A DNA stretch of 64,000 bases from Minisyncoccota bacterium (lineage in GTDB: Bacteria; Patescibacteriota; Minisyncoccia; UBA6257; GWB1-50-10): NCBI GenBank assembly GCA_020059915.1, contig JAGVBB010000003.1, positions 40,920 to 104,919 on the forward strand, given 5' to 3'. Below the pieces are notes generated by a model, which was not told where the DNA came from, made no database searches, and was given only the letters and a program-made list of their open reading frames with translations. The position numbers and the translations under genes were made by a program. This document shows, one piece after another, positions 10,299-19,190 of this stretch; position 1 is the stretch's first letter, and every line of letters starts with the position of its first letter.

Positions 10299-11624
10299 AT
10301 GAACAAACTTTGTTTTTCGTGTATTATCGGAATACTTTGTATTATATTCTTACATTCGTTTTTTTATGTACATGCGGAAACCTCCGGTTCATTTTTTTCT
10401 AATGTTCTTGGAGACCTAGAAAAAAATATAAATGAAAAAAGTACAGAACTTCAAAAAATAAAAGAACAACGTGATTTATTGCAACGATCACTGGACGCAG
10501 TAAGCGAGGTTGGAAGTTCTCTCAAGAAAGATATTCAGACATACAATACGAGTATTAACCAACTAAATCTTTCAATAAAATCCAGTTCGGTACACATTGA
10601 AAAATTAAATCTTGAAATTGATGTTATTAGTGATGAAATACAAAGCATAAAACAGGGGACAGAGCTTAAAAAATATGCAATTGCACGATTGATGGGGGAG
10701 ATACAACAAGCAGATAATGAATCACTTATTGAGCGATTATTAAAGAGTGAATCATTGAGCGATAGCATTGCCAAGATAGAAAATATTAGAACATTAAATT
10801 CTGCTTTGTCAAATAACATAAAAAATCTTCAGTCGTTACAAACAGAATACAAGGAGAAGCTTGAAACAACAAAAAATAAAGTAAATCAAAAAGAGGTACA
10901 AAAGGAAACACTTAAAAATTTACAGCAAATTACTGCAGAGCAAAAAACTGAAAAACAAAAATTACTTGAAGTAACGAAATCACAAGAACAGATATATCAA
11001 CAACAAATTGATAAACTCGATGCTCAACAAGGAGAGATTAGTAGTATTATTACTGAATTTGAAGATAAACTTCGTGCGTCATTCAATCCATCATTATTAC
11101 CAACACAACGACCCGGCGTCCTTGGATTTCCTGTCGAAAGTCCTTATATAACCCAATGTTATGGTCCGACGAGTTTTGCAATACGTGCATATAGGACAAA
11201 ATCACATAATGGTATTGATTTTGGTACGCCTGTGGGAACGCCTGTTCTTGCGGCAGAGTCTGGAACAATTGCACGAACGGGAAACAATGATCGTGGAACT
11301 TCACGTTGGTCAAAGTACCAATATGGAAAATACATTGTTGTTGAACACGAAAATAATCTTGCTACATTGTATGCCCATCTTTCTTCTCAAGTCGTTAAGG
11401 CAGGAGATAGGGTAGAAAAAGGACAGATAATAGGGTATTCTGGAAATACGGGATATTCAACTGGCCCACACTTACATTTTAGTGTGTTGTGGGCACAAAC
11501 ATTACAATACAAATCAATTCCACCAGCTGCGGGACTTGTGCCAGTGGGAGTAAATATTGATCCTGCATTTTATCTCCAGTCATTATCTGGATTTCCAAAA
11601 GGAAGAGATTCAGGGTGTAAATAA
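10299..11624 (+). CDS. M23-family metallopeptidase with N-terminal coiled coil (EnvC-like)
   Basis: Signal/TM segment, a long coiled-coil region, and a C-terminal M23 domain with HNGIDFG and HLHF motifs. Confidence 0.8.
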   Translation: MNKLCFSCIIGILCIIFLHSFFYVHAETSGSFFSNVLGDLEKNINEKSTELQKIKEQRDLLQRSLDAVSEVGSSLKKDIQTYNTSINQLNLSIKSSSVHIEKLNLEIDVISDEIQSIKQGTELKKYAIARLMGEIQQADNESLIERLLKSESLSDSIAKIENIRTLNSALSNNIKNLQSLQTEYKEKLETTKNKVNQKEVQKETLKNLQQITAEQKTEKQKLLEVTKSQEQIYQQQIDKLDAQQGEISSIITEFEDKLRASFNPSLLPTQRPGVLGFPVESPYITQCYGPTSFAIRAYRTKSHNGIDFGTPVGTPVLAAESGTIARTGNNDRGTSRWSKYQYGKYIVVEHENNLATLYAHLSSQVVKAGDRVEKGQIIGYSGNTGYSTGPHLHFSVLWAQTLQYKSIPPAAGLVPVGVNIDPAFYLQSLSGFPKGRDSGCK

Positions 11625-11631
11625 TTTTTAT

Positions 11632-12060
11632 ATGAAAAAAATAAAAAAATGTAACATCATTGTAACAGTCACACTTTGTTCAATGTTTGTTTTTATTTTA
11701 CCGGTTAATGCGCAGACCATGATAAGCGATAATCCGCTTTCAATTTTTAAAGATATTGTGCCAGATCAGGTAAAGGAGATATTTGATATTGCAGATCAAG
11801 CACAAAAGAAATTGGAATCGAAGTTTGGTATTGATATTCAAAAAATGGCCACCGGAGGCGTTTTGCCGGGGTCCAATGCCGGGTCATCCCAACAGATAAC
11901 CCCAGAATACACAAAAAACCTCCTAGAACGGGTTTCTGGGCTCATTAGTAGTACAAACCCGGCTGATGCGCCAGATTTTGTGGGACGAGCAACAGATATC
12001 GTTCGGCAGTTTATTAAATATATCATTGGTATTATGAGACAAATCATTGATATGATTTAG
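11632..12060 (+). CDS. hypothetical secreted protein
   Basis: ATG at 11632 is followed by a signal peptide (KKCNIIVTVTLCSMFVFILPVNAQ). No motif recognised. The track ORF 11557 overlaps the upstream gene. Confidence 0.4.
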   Translation: MKKIKKCNIIVTVTLCSMFVFILPVNAQTMISDNPLSIFKDIVPDQVKEIFDIADQAQKKLESKFGIDIQKMATGGVLPGSNAGSSQQITPEYTKNLLERVSGLISSTNPADAPDFVGRATDIVRQFIKYIIGIMRQIIDMI

Positions 12061-12090
12061 GAGTTGAGGATATAACAAATAGAAACAAAA

Positions 12091-12127
12091 CAAATCCGCC
12101 CAGTTCTTAGGCGGATTTGTTATTTAT
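12091..12127 (+). terminator. intrinsic terminator
   Basis: Hairpin caaatccgcc-cagttcttag-gcggatttg followed by a T-run. Confidence 0.5.
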
Positions 12128-12345
12128 AGAGTATAAAGAGATTTTAAAATGAGTACTCAAGAAGAGCCCTACTTTTCCCCCTATAGTAATGTCGCAAAAG
12201 GTATATTGTGCGACATATCTAAACATCGGAATATGGCTGATATATCTATCTCCCCCCATTTATTCTGTGGTAGTATGCTGTATCTTTTTGGAAAATAAAA
12301 ACCCCGTATTACACGGGGTGGTTTCTATGACCAATAATATAGTTT

Positions 12346-12624
12346 TTAAGTCTTTTTTCTTGACCTTAATGCTATTCGCCGACTGAACCTGAAATGTTGG
12401 CGAAACATTGTGCCCTCGTCGAGGGTTATTCTCCCCTTTCTGAGTATTCCAACTGTTCTTGCGCTTGAGATGAACTCCTTTGCTTTTTGTCTTGCATCAT
12501 CTTCGTCCACCGCATGAAACACATGTGAGCAGAATTCTTTTTCCTTTCTTCCAATTATTATCCTTCGATGTGAAGGTTTTTTCGGAATGGTTAGTCGGTA
12601 AAACATATTTTTCCTCCTATCCAA
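12346..12624 (-). CDS. hypothetical basic small protein (downstream gene of the overlapping pair)
   Basis: 92-aa Arg/Lys-rich ORF translationally coupled to the 12617-12889 gene. A hairpin aaccccgtattacacggggtg lies downstream at about 12300-12325. Confidence 0.4.
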   Translation of the reverse strand: MDRRKNMFYRLTIPKKPSHRRIIIGRKEKEFCSHVFHAVDEDDARQKAKEFISSARTVGILRKGRITLDEGTMFRQHFRFSRRIALRSRKKT

Positions 12625-12889
12625 TTATTTCTGTTTTTATAAGTACTGGATTAATAGGACTTCCGAAAACATCACTGAGTAGGGTTTGTATCTTTTCTTT
12701 TGTTTTTCGCGCCTCTGAATCTGTTTCGACGCGTATATTAACCTTTACCTCAATCATGTTGTCTTTTGGGTCATCATATTCGAGGCCCAATGACTCATCT
12801 GAAACAATTTGCAATCCTCGCAAGATTTTTTCGCGTTTTTTCCCATCTTTTTCAAGAAGGTATGTTGCGTGAAACGTATACATATTCAA
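12617..12889 (-). CDS. hypothetical small protein (upstream gene of an overlapping pair)
   Basis: 90-aa ORF. Its stop overlaps the start of the next minus-strand ORF by 8 nt. No recognised motif. Confidence 0.4.
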   Translation of the reverse strand: MNMYTFHATYLLEKDGKKREKILRGLQIVSDESLGLEYDDPKDNMIEVKVNIRVETDSEARKTKEKIQTLLSDVFGSPINPVLIKTEIIG

Positions 12890-12975
12890 CCTCCGCTATT
12901 AAGTTAATGTTCAAGCATACTTTACTGTTTAAATAAGGGAATGTCAATAGAACTCATAAAAAAACACTGGTACAA

Positions 12976-13755
12976 TTGAACAATATGAATGACTTCAAGA
13001 CTCCGGAAGAATTTAAGGAAGCCTGCGGATATACATTGGAACATGATGAATGGTACCCCCGAGTTACAAAGATTGTTGAGATAAAAGCGAAGCCAGCACT
13101 GTATTATTTTTACGCAAAAATGCCAAATTATCGGGCTGCGGAGCAGGTAAAGGAACAGTCAGCAGTTGAGGGAACAGCAATTCATGAAGCAGCCGAGGCG
13201 ATTCTCATGGGGCAAAAACCACACATTCCCTACTCTATCACTCCATCGATGTCTGCGTTCGCAGAATATTTACTAAAAAATAATATTGAAGTTGATCCAA
13301 GTCATGTTGAGGTGAGACTGAAAAGCGACAAACATCGATATGCAGGAACGTTGGATGCGATTGCGCGGATAGATGGAAAACTTGGAATACTTGATATAAA
13401 AACATCTCTTGAAATTTATCGCGATTATAATATTCAAACTTCAGCATATTTTTATGCAATGAAAGATTTGTTTCCGGAACTTTCCACCCGTTGGATATTA
13501 CGTATCGATCAAAGCAGGATTTGTATGAATTGTGGAGCAACGCTTCGCGCAAAAGGTGGACGTGAGCAAATAAGAACAACATGGGGAGATCCATTTATGA
13601 AATCGTGCAATCATGAATTTGGTCCACTTGTTGGACATATAGAGTTAAAGGAACTACATAACGTTGAGAATGATTTTGAGGCGTTTCTTGGCGCAAAGCG
13701 TTTGTGGGAATGGGAACATGAGGAGTGGCTTAAAAAAGTTGGATATCTAAAATAG
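12976..13755 (+). CDS. PD-(D/E)xK nuclease superfamily protein (RecB/Cas4-like)
   Basis: Motifs GTLDAIARID ... ILDIKTS (D...DxK) and YNIQTSAYFY (QxxxY of RecB-family nucleases). A Cys cluster CMNCG...CNH follows. Confidence 0.6.
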   Translation: MNNMNDFKTPEEFKEACGYTLEHDEWYPRVTKIVEIKAKPALYYFYAKMPNYRAAEQVKEQSAVEGTAIHEAAEAILMGQKPHIPYSITPSMSAFAEYLLKNNIEVDPSHVEVRLKSDKHRYAGTLDAIARIDGKLGILDIKTSLEIYRDYNIQTSAYFYAMKDLFPELSTRWILRIDQSRICMNCGATLRAKGGREQIRTTWGDPFMKSCNHEFGPLVGHIELKELHNVENDFEAFLGAKRLWEWEHEEWLKKVGYLK

Positions 13756-13759
13756 TTAA

Positions 13760-13790
13760 AAAAATCTCCCGCATACTGCGGGAGCAATTG
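13760..13790 (-). terminator. hairpin terminator (bidirectional)
   Basis: ctcccgcatactgcgggag hairpin. On the minus strand it is followed by a T-run, downstream of the 13791-14264 gene. Confidence 0.45.
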
Positions 13791-14264
13791 TTATCTTATG
13801 CTTCCACCATTATATCGGAGCTCATAGAGAAGTCCGGTATTTGGTTTTTGTGAAATCATTTCTTCACCACTAAAGAATTCAAGACTTCCATGAAATGTGT
13901 TGATGTAGGTAAAATCGGATTCCATATATATACGAGGTCCGCGAAATATTGAATCTTTATCTACCTGAGCGAGTGCGTTTTTGAGAAATGCGGTAAGATG
14001 TTGTTTTGTTGTTTCATCATCTGTCTGCACTCTTCCGTGGTATGACATACTCCAAACCGGCTTTCCTTTATAGTAGACAACTTCATGTCCGATAAAAGAT
14101 TTTGATCCAACATATTTGTCCGTATATTCCCAATCACCACGACGTATTATGATTTTTATCGCCCCACTTTTTTCATATTTAATAACTTCTGTGGCCTCCG
14201 AAATATTTGCATATCCACGCTTCTTTGCATAGATGATGAAATCAATTAATTCATCCTGATCCAT
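13791..14264 (-). CDS. hypothetical protein
   Basis: Start reassigned to the ATG at 14264, which is preceded by a GGAGG SD. No recognised motif. Confidence 0.4.
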   Translation of the reverse strand: MDQDELIDFIIYAKKRGYANISEATEVIKYEKSGAIKIIIRRGDWEYTDKYVGSKSFIGHEVVYYKGKPVWSMSYHGRVQTDDETTKQHLTAFLKNALAQVDKDSIFRGPRIYMESDFTYINTFHGSLEFFSGEEMISQKPNTGLLYELRYNGGSIR

Positions 14265-14356
14265 AAAACCTCCAAATTTAATGAACAACTTATTTAAACA
14301 TAAAAATATATATATTGTCAATTATACACAAAAAATAATAGAGTTATTATATAGAT

Positions 14357-14791
14357 ATGAATGATGTGAATCATGAGTATTGGCCGAAGGTTGGTGTTGC
14401 GGTAATGGTTTTAAAAGACAATAAAGTACTCATGGGAAAGCGAAAAAATACCCATGGTGCTGGCGATCTCGCATTTCCTGGCGGGAAGATGGAACATTTG
14501 GAGTCATTTGAGGAATGTTTGCGACGTGAGGTTCGTGAGGAGGCAGGAATAGAAATTAAAAATATTAAATTTCTCCGTCTTTTAAATCTAAAGGGATATC
14601 CACCAAAACATTTTGTTGATGTGGGCTTTATCGCCGATTGGGAATCTGGAGAACCGACTGTTATGGAGCCGGATAAATGTGAGGGATGGGATTGGTATCC
14701 ACTTGATGCAATTCCCATGGAACGGCTATTCTATCGACTAGATACATTTTTTGAGGCATACAAAACAGGAAAGAATTTCTTTGATGAATAA
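14357..14791 (+). CDS. NUDIX hydrolase
   Basis: Nudix box GGKMEHLESFEECLRREVREEAGIE (Gx5Ex7REUxEExGU). Confidence 0.8.
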   Translation: MNDVNHEYWPKVGVAVMVLKDNKVLMGKRKNTHGAGDLAFPGGKMEHLESFEECLRREVREEAGIEIKNIKFLRLLNLKGYPPKHFVDVGFIADWESGEPTVMEPDKCEGWDWYPLDAIPMERLFYRLDTFFEAYKTGKNFFDE

Positions 14792-14795
14792 TATA

Positions 14796-14820
14796 AATCC
14801 CCTTCCGAGAAGGGGTTTAT
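14796..14820 (+). terminator. bidirectional intrinsic terminator
   Basis: Hairpin aaatcccc-ttccgagaa-ggggttt between convergent genes. Confidence 0.5.
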
Positions 14821-15332
14821 ACTTTATGTTTTTCGTCGGAGTCTATAAATTTTACGCCATATTTTTCAGAAAGTTCTTTTAGTTTTGATTTTAGTTTCTC
14901 TCTGCCTATATCAGAATATATAGACCCTTCAATGTTAATTTCTTTTTCTTTTGCAAAGCGGAATGTTTCTTCTGCTAATTTTGATCCATATCCCTTCCCC
15001 TGCTCCGAGTCCTTCACTGACATAAAAGAAATCCAATATGTATTTTCTTCATATGGACTTTTTTCAAGTTCACATATCCCCACTATATCTTTTTCTTTAC
15101 TAACTAATGGATAGAATAATTCCCTTTTTTGAGTTTTTCTTTCCATAAGTTTACGCAAGTCAAAATATTTGAATTCTCCCCCGTTTTCTTTTTTTAAAAA
15201 TTTCTTGTCTGGATTATGTTTATCTTTATAAATAATCTTTTCTAATTCATCCGCAGAAACTGTTTCTGTAGATACAGGAAATTCTTCTTTCTTTTCTTTT
15301 TGTATTTTTCTATTAAATTCTTTTTGTTCCAT
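14817..15332 (-). CDS. GNAT-family acetyltransferase-like protein
   Basis: Motif-A-like QGKGYGSKLAEE in the C-terminal half. Lys/Glu-rich N-terminus. Confidence 0.5.
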   Translation of the reverse strand: MEQKEFNRKIQKEKKEEFPVSTETVSADELEKIIYKDKHNPDKKFLKKENGGEFKYFDLRKLMERKTQKRELFYPLVSKEKDIVGICELEKSPYEENTYWISFMSVKDSEQGKGYGSKLAEETFRFAKEKEINIEGSIYSDIGREKLKSKLKELSEKYGVKFIDSDEKHKV

Positions 15333-15334
15333 GG

Positions 15335-16360
15335 TTATAAGAATTTCTCAATATTATTTTTATGTTCTTCATATGTCTTTGAACAATAAATTTGCCCATT
15401 TGTATCGTGTATATAATATAGGCAGTCTGTCTTAGTTGGATTCAGCACTGCATCAATGGCGTCTAGTCCTGGATTACAAATTGGATGTGGAGGAAGCCCA
15501 CTGTTTCTATATGTATTATAGGGGGAATCAATATTTTTGTCATTTGACCTCATTGGTTTCCACCAATCCCCTTCACTCATATATGTTTGTGGTTGGGAGT
15601 TATTACGCACAACACCATAGTGTGCAATGTCATCTCTTGCATATTGTACCGTTGCATCCACCTCAAGTCGCATATTTTTAAGGAGTCGATTCCAGAGAAT
15701 GCCAGAGATAAGGGGCATATCGTTGTTCCCCGATGCTTCTCGTTGAATAATTGATGCAATGCGCAGTGCGGTATTCCATTTTATATTTTCTTTTATAAAC
15801 CGTTCTGTATATGGTTGAAATTTTTCATTAAATTTATCAATAAACCGTTCAGCTATTTTTGATGGTGACTCTTCTGTTGAGAGTAAATATGTATCAGGAA
15901 AATAGACGCCTTCTGTGTAGAGTTTTTCTTTTGCGGTATATTTTGTTATCCAATCCTTTTTCTCTTGTTCGGTCCATCCCAAACTATCAGCAAGTATTTC
16001 CCCAATTTGTTCTTTGCGAAGTCCCTCCGGTATGGTGATCCACACCATATATGGCTTCTGTTTCATTATACTTCCGACTTCCCACGCAGACATATTTTTT
16101 GATATTTTGTATGCCCCCGCTTCTATATCTGAAAAAGTAAAAACAAATTTAAACCCAGATTCACTTTTTATAAACCCTTGATCGTTAAGTTTTTTTATTA
16201 TATCCGTCTTTGAGGTATTAATGGGAATAATAAATCGTTCTAGTTCCGCTTGTTTTTGTGGAGCACTAAATAATGAATTATAAGCGAAAAAACCTATAAT
16301 ACTTACAAAAAATAAAACAATTAATAATATTGTTGGTATTTTTTTCATATGGTAGTTCAT
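15335..16360 (-). CDS. mltG: endolytic murein transglycosylase MltG (YceG family)
   Basis: N-terminal TM, then the YceG-like domain with LASIIQREA...LEVDATVQYA. Confidence 0.8.
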   Translation of the reverse strand: MNYHMKKIPTILLIVLFFVSIIGFFAYNSLFSAPQKQAELERFIIPINTSKTDIIKKLNDQGFIKSESGFKFVFTFSDIEAGAYKISKNMSAWEVGSIMKQKPYMVWITIPEGLRKEQIGEILADSLGWTEQEKKDWITKYTAKEKLYTEGVYFPDTYLLSTEESPSKIAERFIDKFNEKFQPYTERFIKENIKWNTALRIASIIQREASGNNDMPLISGILWNRLLKNMRLEVDATVQYARDDIAHYGVVRNNSQPQTYMSEGDWWKPMRSNDKNIDSPYNTYRNSGLPPHPICNPGLDAIDAVLNPTKTDCLYYIHDTNGQIYCSKTYEEHKNNIEKFL

Positions 16361-16381
16361 ACCTTATTAAGACAAGCGTTG

Positions 16382-18886
16382 TTACGCCCCGTGACACTTC
16401 TTGTACTTTTTTCCTGATCCACAATAACAAGGATCGTTTCTTCCAATATCTTTTGATTCAGTTGGAGGAACTACTTTTTGTGCTGGTTTGTTTAATTCAA
16501 TATTTGAAATATCCATCTCAAATATTTGGAATATTGAATTGAACACAAATTGTTCATATGCACGGAGCAATCTTTCAAAAAGGATATGTGCCTCACGTCT
16601 ATATTCAACAATTGGTTCGTGTTGCCCGTATGCGCGAAGATTTACTGTGTCGCGGAGGGATTCCAAGTGCTCCAAGTGTTCTATCCATAGAGTATCCAAA
16701 ATTCGTATTAATTGTTGTCCAATAATAAATGCCCGTTCTTTTTCTAACGTTGTTGGAATTTTTGAACAGAGTGCTTTTGCTTCTTCTAGTTTTTTATATT
16801 CCTCTTCCCCAAGATGTTCTGTTCCGTGTTTTATTGCTTTTTCATAGTGAGCTAAAAATGAATTAATTGTATCTGTTACCATGGGGAGTATGGTGCTTTC
16901 TTCCCCCGCCTTTAAAATGTTTGTTCTTCTTGTATACAGTGCAGTTCGTTGTTTATTTAATACATCATCAAATTCAAGTAGGTGCTTTCTAATATCAAAA
17001 TTATTTCCCTCAACTTTTTGTTGGGCTTGATTTACTGACTTGGTAATTATTTTTGATTCAATGGGCACATCTTCGGGAAAATTCATCATCTTCATTACCG
17101 AACCAATCCTATCCCCTCCAAATATACGCATGAGATCGTCTTCAACAGAAAGAAAGAATTGTGACGATCCTGGATCTCCCTGGCGTCCCGCACGACCACG
17201 CAACTGGTTATCAATACGCCGTGCTTCATGTCGTTCTGTACCAATAACATGCAATCCGCCAAGTGCTTTTATTTCTTCTGCTAAATCCTTATTAAATGGG
17301 ATCCCCCCAAGAATGATGTCAACGCCACGACCAGCCATGTTGGTTGCAACGGTAACTGCTCCTCGTTTTCCTGCTTGAGCGATAATCGCTCCTTCTCGTT
17401 CATTGTTTTTTGCATTCAATACTTCATGGGGAACTCCTTCTTCTGTGAGGTATGCAGAAATTGTTTCGTTATTTGTTATTGAGGTTGTTCCGATAAGTAC
17501 CGGTTGCCCCTTTTCATGTCGCGCGCGTACTTCTTTTGCTATAGCACGATATTTTGCGTCTTTTGTTTTATAGATTAAATCGTCAATATCATCACGAACC
17601 ATTGGGCGGTTTGGTGGGATGGAAACGACCCCCAAATTATATGTTTTATGAAATTCTTCTGCAGAAGTTTGTGCAGTTCCGGTCATGCCAGCAATCTTTT
17701 TATAAAGACGAAAATAATTTTGAATGGTGATTTGTGCGTATGTTCTATTTTCTTGTTTTACCTGAACCCCCTCTTTTGCCTCGATTGCTTGATGAAGACC
17801 ACCAGAATATCTTCGTCCTTGGAGCATTCTTCCAGTGAATTCATCAACAATAATTATTTCTCCATCTCGAACTACGTATTCTTTATCTTTATGAAACAAT
17901 GCTTTTGCGCGAACACTTTCCTGAAGAAAATGAACTAAGCGTGCATTTTCTGGTGCATACAGATTTCCAATTCTCATTTCGCGTTCAACTTTTTCAATTC
18001 CTGATTCCAAGATTGAGACAGTTTTTAATTTTTCATCAACTGTGTAGTCCTCTTCTGGTACCAAGCGTTCTGCAATATGTGAAAATGTTTTGTAATATCC
18101 ACTTGATTCGCTGTCTGGTGCGGCAATAATGAGTGGAGTTCGCGCCTCATCAATTAAGATTGAATCAACCTCATCGATAATCGCAAAGTAATATGATCGT
18201 TGTACACGTTCACTTATTACATTAACCAAGTTGTCACGAAGATAATCAAACCCAAATTCATGATTTGTTCCATATGTTATATCCGCGGCATATGCCTCTC
18301 TTCTTGTGGTTGGTCTTAAAAATTTTTCCACAACACGAAAACTTCCCAATTCATCACGTTCTTTATCTGCTTCAGTATTCTCGTATGTTGGATCATACAT
18401 GTATGCAGAATCATGAACAATACATGATGTGGTAAGTCCCAATGCATGATAGATCTGCCCCATCCAAATCGCATCACGTTTTGCGAGATAATCATTCACT
18501 GTTATCACATGAACGCCCATTCCAGAGAGCGCATTTAAATACACCGCCGAAGTTGCGGTTAATGTTTTTCCTTCCCCGGTAAGCATTTCTGCAATTTTTC
18601 CTTCATGGAGTACCATTCCTCCGATAAGCTGAACATCATAATGTCTCTGTTTTAGTTTTCTTTTTCCTGTTTCCCTCACCAAAGCAAACGCACGTGGGAG
18701 CGCTGAATTAAGTGCCTCGTTTATATCAGAGGAAGAACGTATAGATTCCTTTAGTTTGTTTGATTCGATAAGAATTTGCTCATCGCTGTATGCCTCAATT
18801 TCCGCCTCAAGTTTATTTATTTCATTGACGCGTTCTTGTAAAACAGAGAGTTCATTGAGTCCAAATAGTTTAGAAAAAATAGACAT
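16382..18886 (-). CDS. secA: preprotein translocase ATPase SecA
   Basis: 834 aa with DEAD-like motor motifs and the C-terminal zinc-binding tail CYCGSGKKYKKCHG. Confidence 0.95.
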   Translation of the reverse strand: MSIFSKLFGLNELSVLQERVNEINKLEAEIEAYSDEQILIESNKLKESIRSSSDINEALNSALPRAFALVRETGKRKLKQRHYDVQLIGGMVLHEGKIAEMLTGEGKTLTATSAVYLNALSGMGVHVITVNDYLAKRDAIWMGQIYHALGLTTSCIVHDSAYMYDPTYENTEADKERDELGSFRVVEKFLRPTTRREAYAADITYGTNHEFGFDYLRDNLVNVISERVQRSYYFAIIDEVDSILIDEARTPLIIAAPDSESSGYYKTFSHIAERLVPEEDYTVDEKLKTVSILESGIEKVEREMRIGNLYAPENARLVHFLQESVRAKALFHKDKEYVVRDGEIIIVDEFTGRMLQGRRYSGGLHQAIEAKEGVQVKQENRTYAQITIQNYFRLYKKIAGMTGTAQTSAEEFHKTYNLGVVSIPPNRPMVRDDIDDLIYKTKDAKYRAIAKEVRARHEKGQPVLIGTTSITNNETISAYLTEEGVPHEVLNAKNNEREGAIIAQAGKRGAVTVATNMAGRGVDIILGGIPFNKDLAEEIKALGGLHVIGTERHEARRIDNQLRGRAGRQGDPGSSQFFLSVEDDLMRIFGGDRIGSVMKMMNFPEDVPIESKIITKSVNQAQQKVEGNNFDIRKHLLEFDDVLNKQRTALYTRRTNILKAGEESTILPMVTDTINSFLAHYEKAIKHGTEHLGEEEYKKLEEAKALCSKIPTTLEKERAFIIGQQLIRILDTLWIEHLEHLESLRDTVNLRAYGQHEPIVEYRREAHILFERLLRAYEQFVFNSIFQIFEMDISNIELNKPAQKVVPPTESKDIGRNDPCYCGSGKKYKKCHGA

Positions 18887-18915
18887 AATGCAAAAAAAAC
18901 AGTATCAGACCTCGT

Positions 18916-18985
18916 GGGCGACTACGGTGGTGACCTCCATTTTAACAATGTTGTTGAGCGAGTGCGCAATCCGTAGTCGCCCGCG
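18916..18985 (-). promoter_or_regulatory. long hairpin in the secA 5' leader
   Basis: 12-bp perfect inverted repeat gggcgactacgg / ccgtagtcgccc with an about 40-nt loop, immediately upstream of the secA start. Confidence 0.35.
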
Positions 18986-19055
18986 CCGCCCAATACCGCT
19001 TTATAGCCTGATTGTATCACATATCCTGATTTCTTCAATATTTCCCTAGTGGGGA

Positions 19056-19190
19056 CTTGCTTTTTTGGGAGTAGTATGCTATAATGCCTGTGTTGAGTGA
19101 GTGAATTTACTCTTGCCCTTATAGGCAGAAGGAAATTCTTCCATTTCCCACACGTTTCGCAAGAAACGTGTGGGTTTTTGTTGTGGGTGT
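19056..19190 (+). ncRNA. predicted small RNA (consensus promoter plus intrinsic terminator)
   Basis: TTGCTT-17 nt-TATAAT at 19056-19084. A transcript of about 95 nt follows, containing hairpins, and ends at the terminator cccacacgtttcgcaagaaacgtgtggg plus T-run (19148-19185). It has no ORF. Confidence 0.3.

Noticed and set aside
12480-12872. 130-aa plus-strand ORF overlapping the small minus-strand gene pair
   Set aside because: It is antisense to two coupled ORFs with a proper terminator. It has a low-complexity, Ser/Phe-rich translation and no RBS or promoter signal.
12976-13755. Calling the PD-(D/E)xK nuclease a bona fide Cas4
   Set aside because: There is no CRISPR array or cas1/cas2 anywhere in the window. 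The motifs are shared with RecB/AddB-family nucleases generally, so it is kept as RecB/Cas4-like.
18756-19049. 97-aa plus-strand ORF overlapping the secA start and leader hairpin
   Set aside because: It overlaps the secA initiation region antisense and spans the large inverted repeat. Its translation is Ser-rich and low-complexity. It is likely non-coding structured RNA/DNA.
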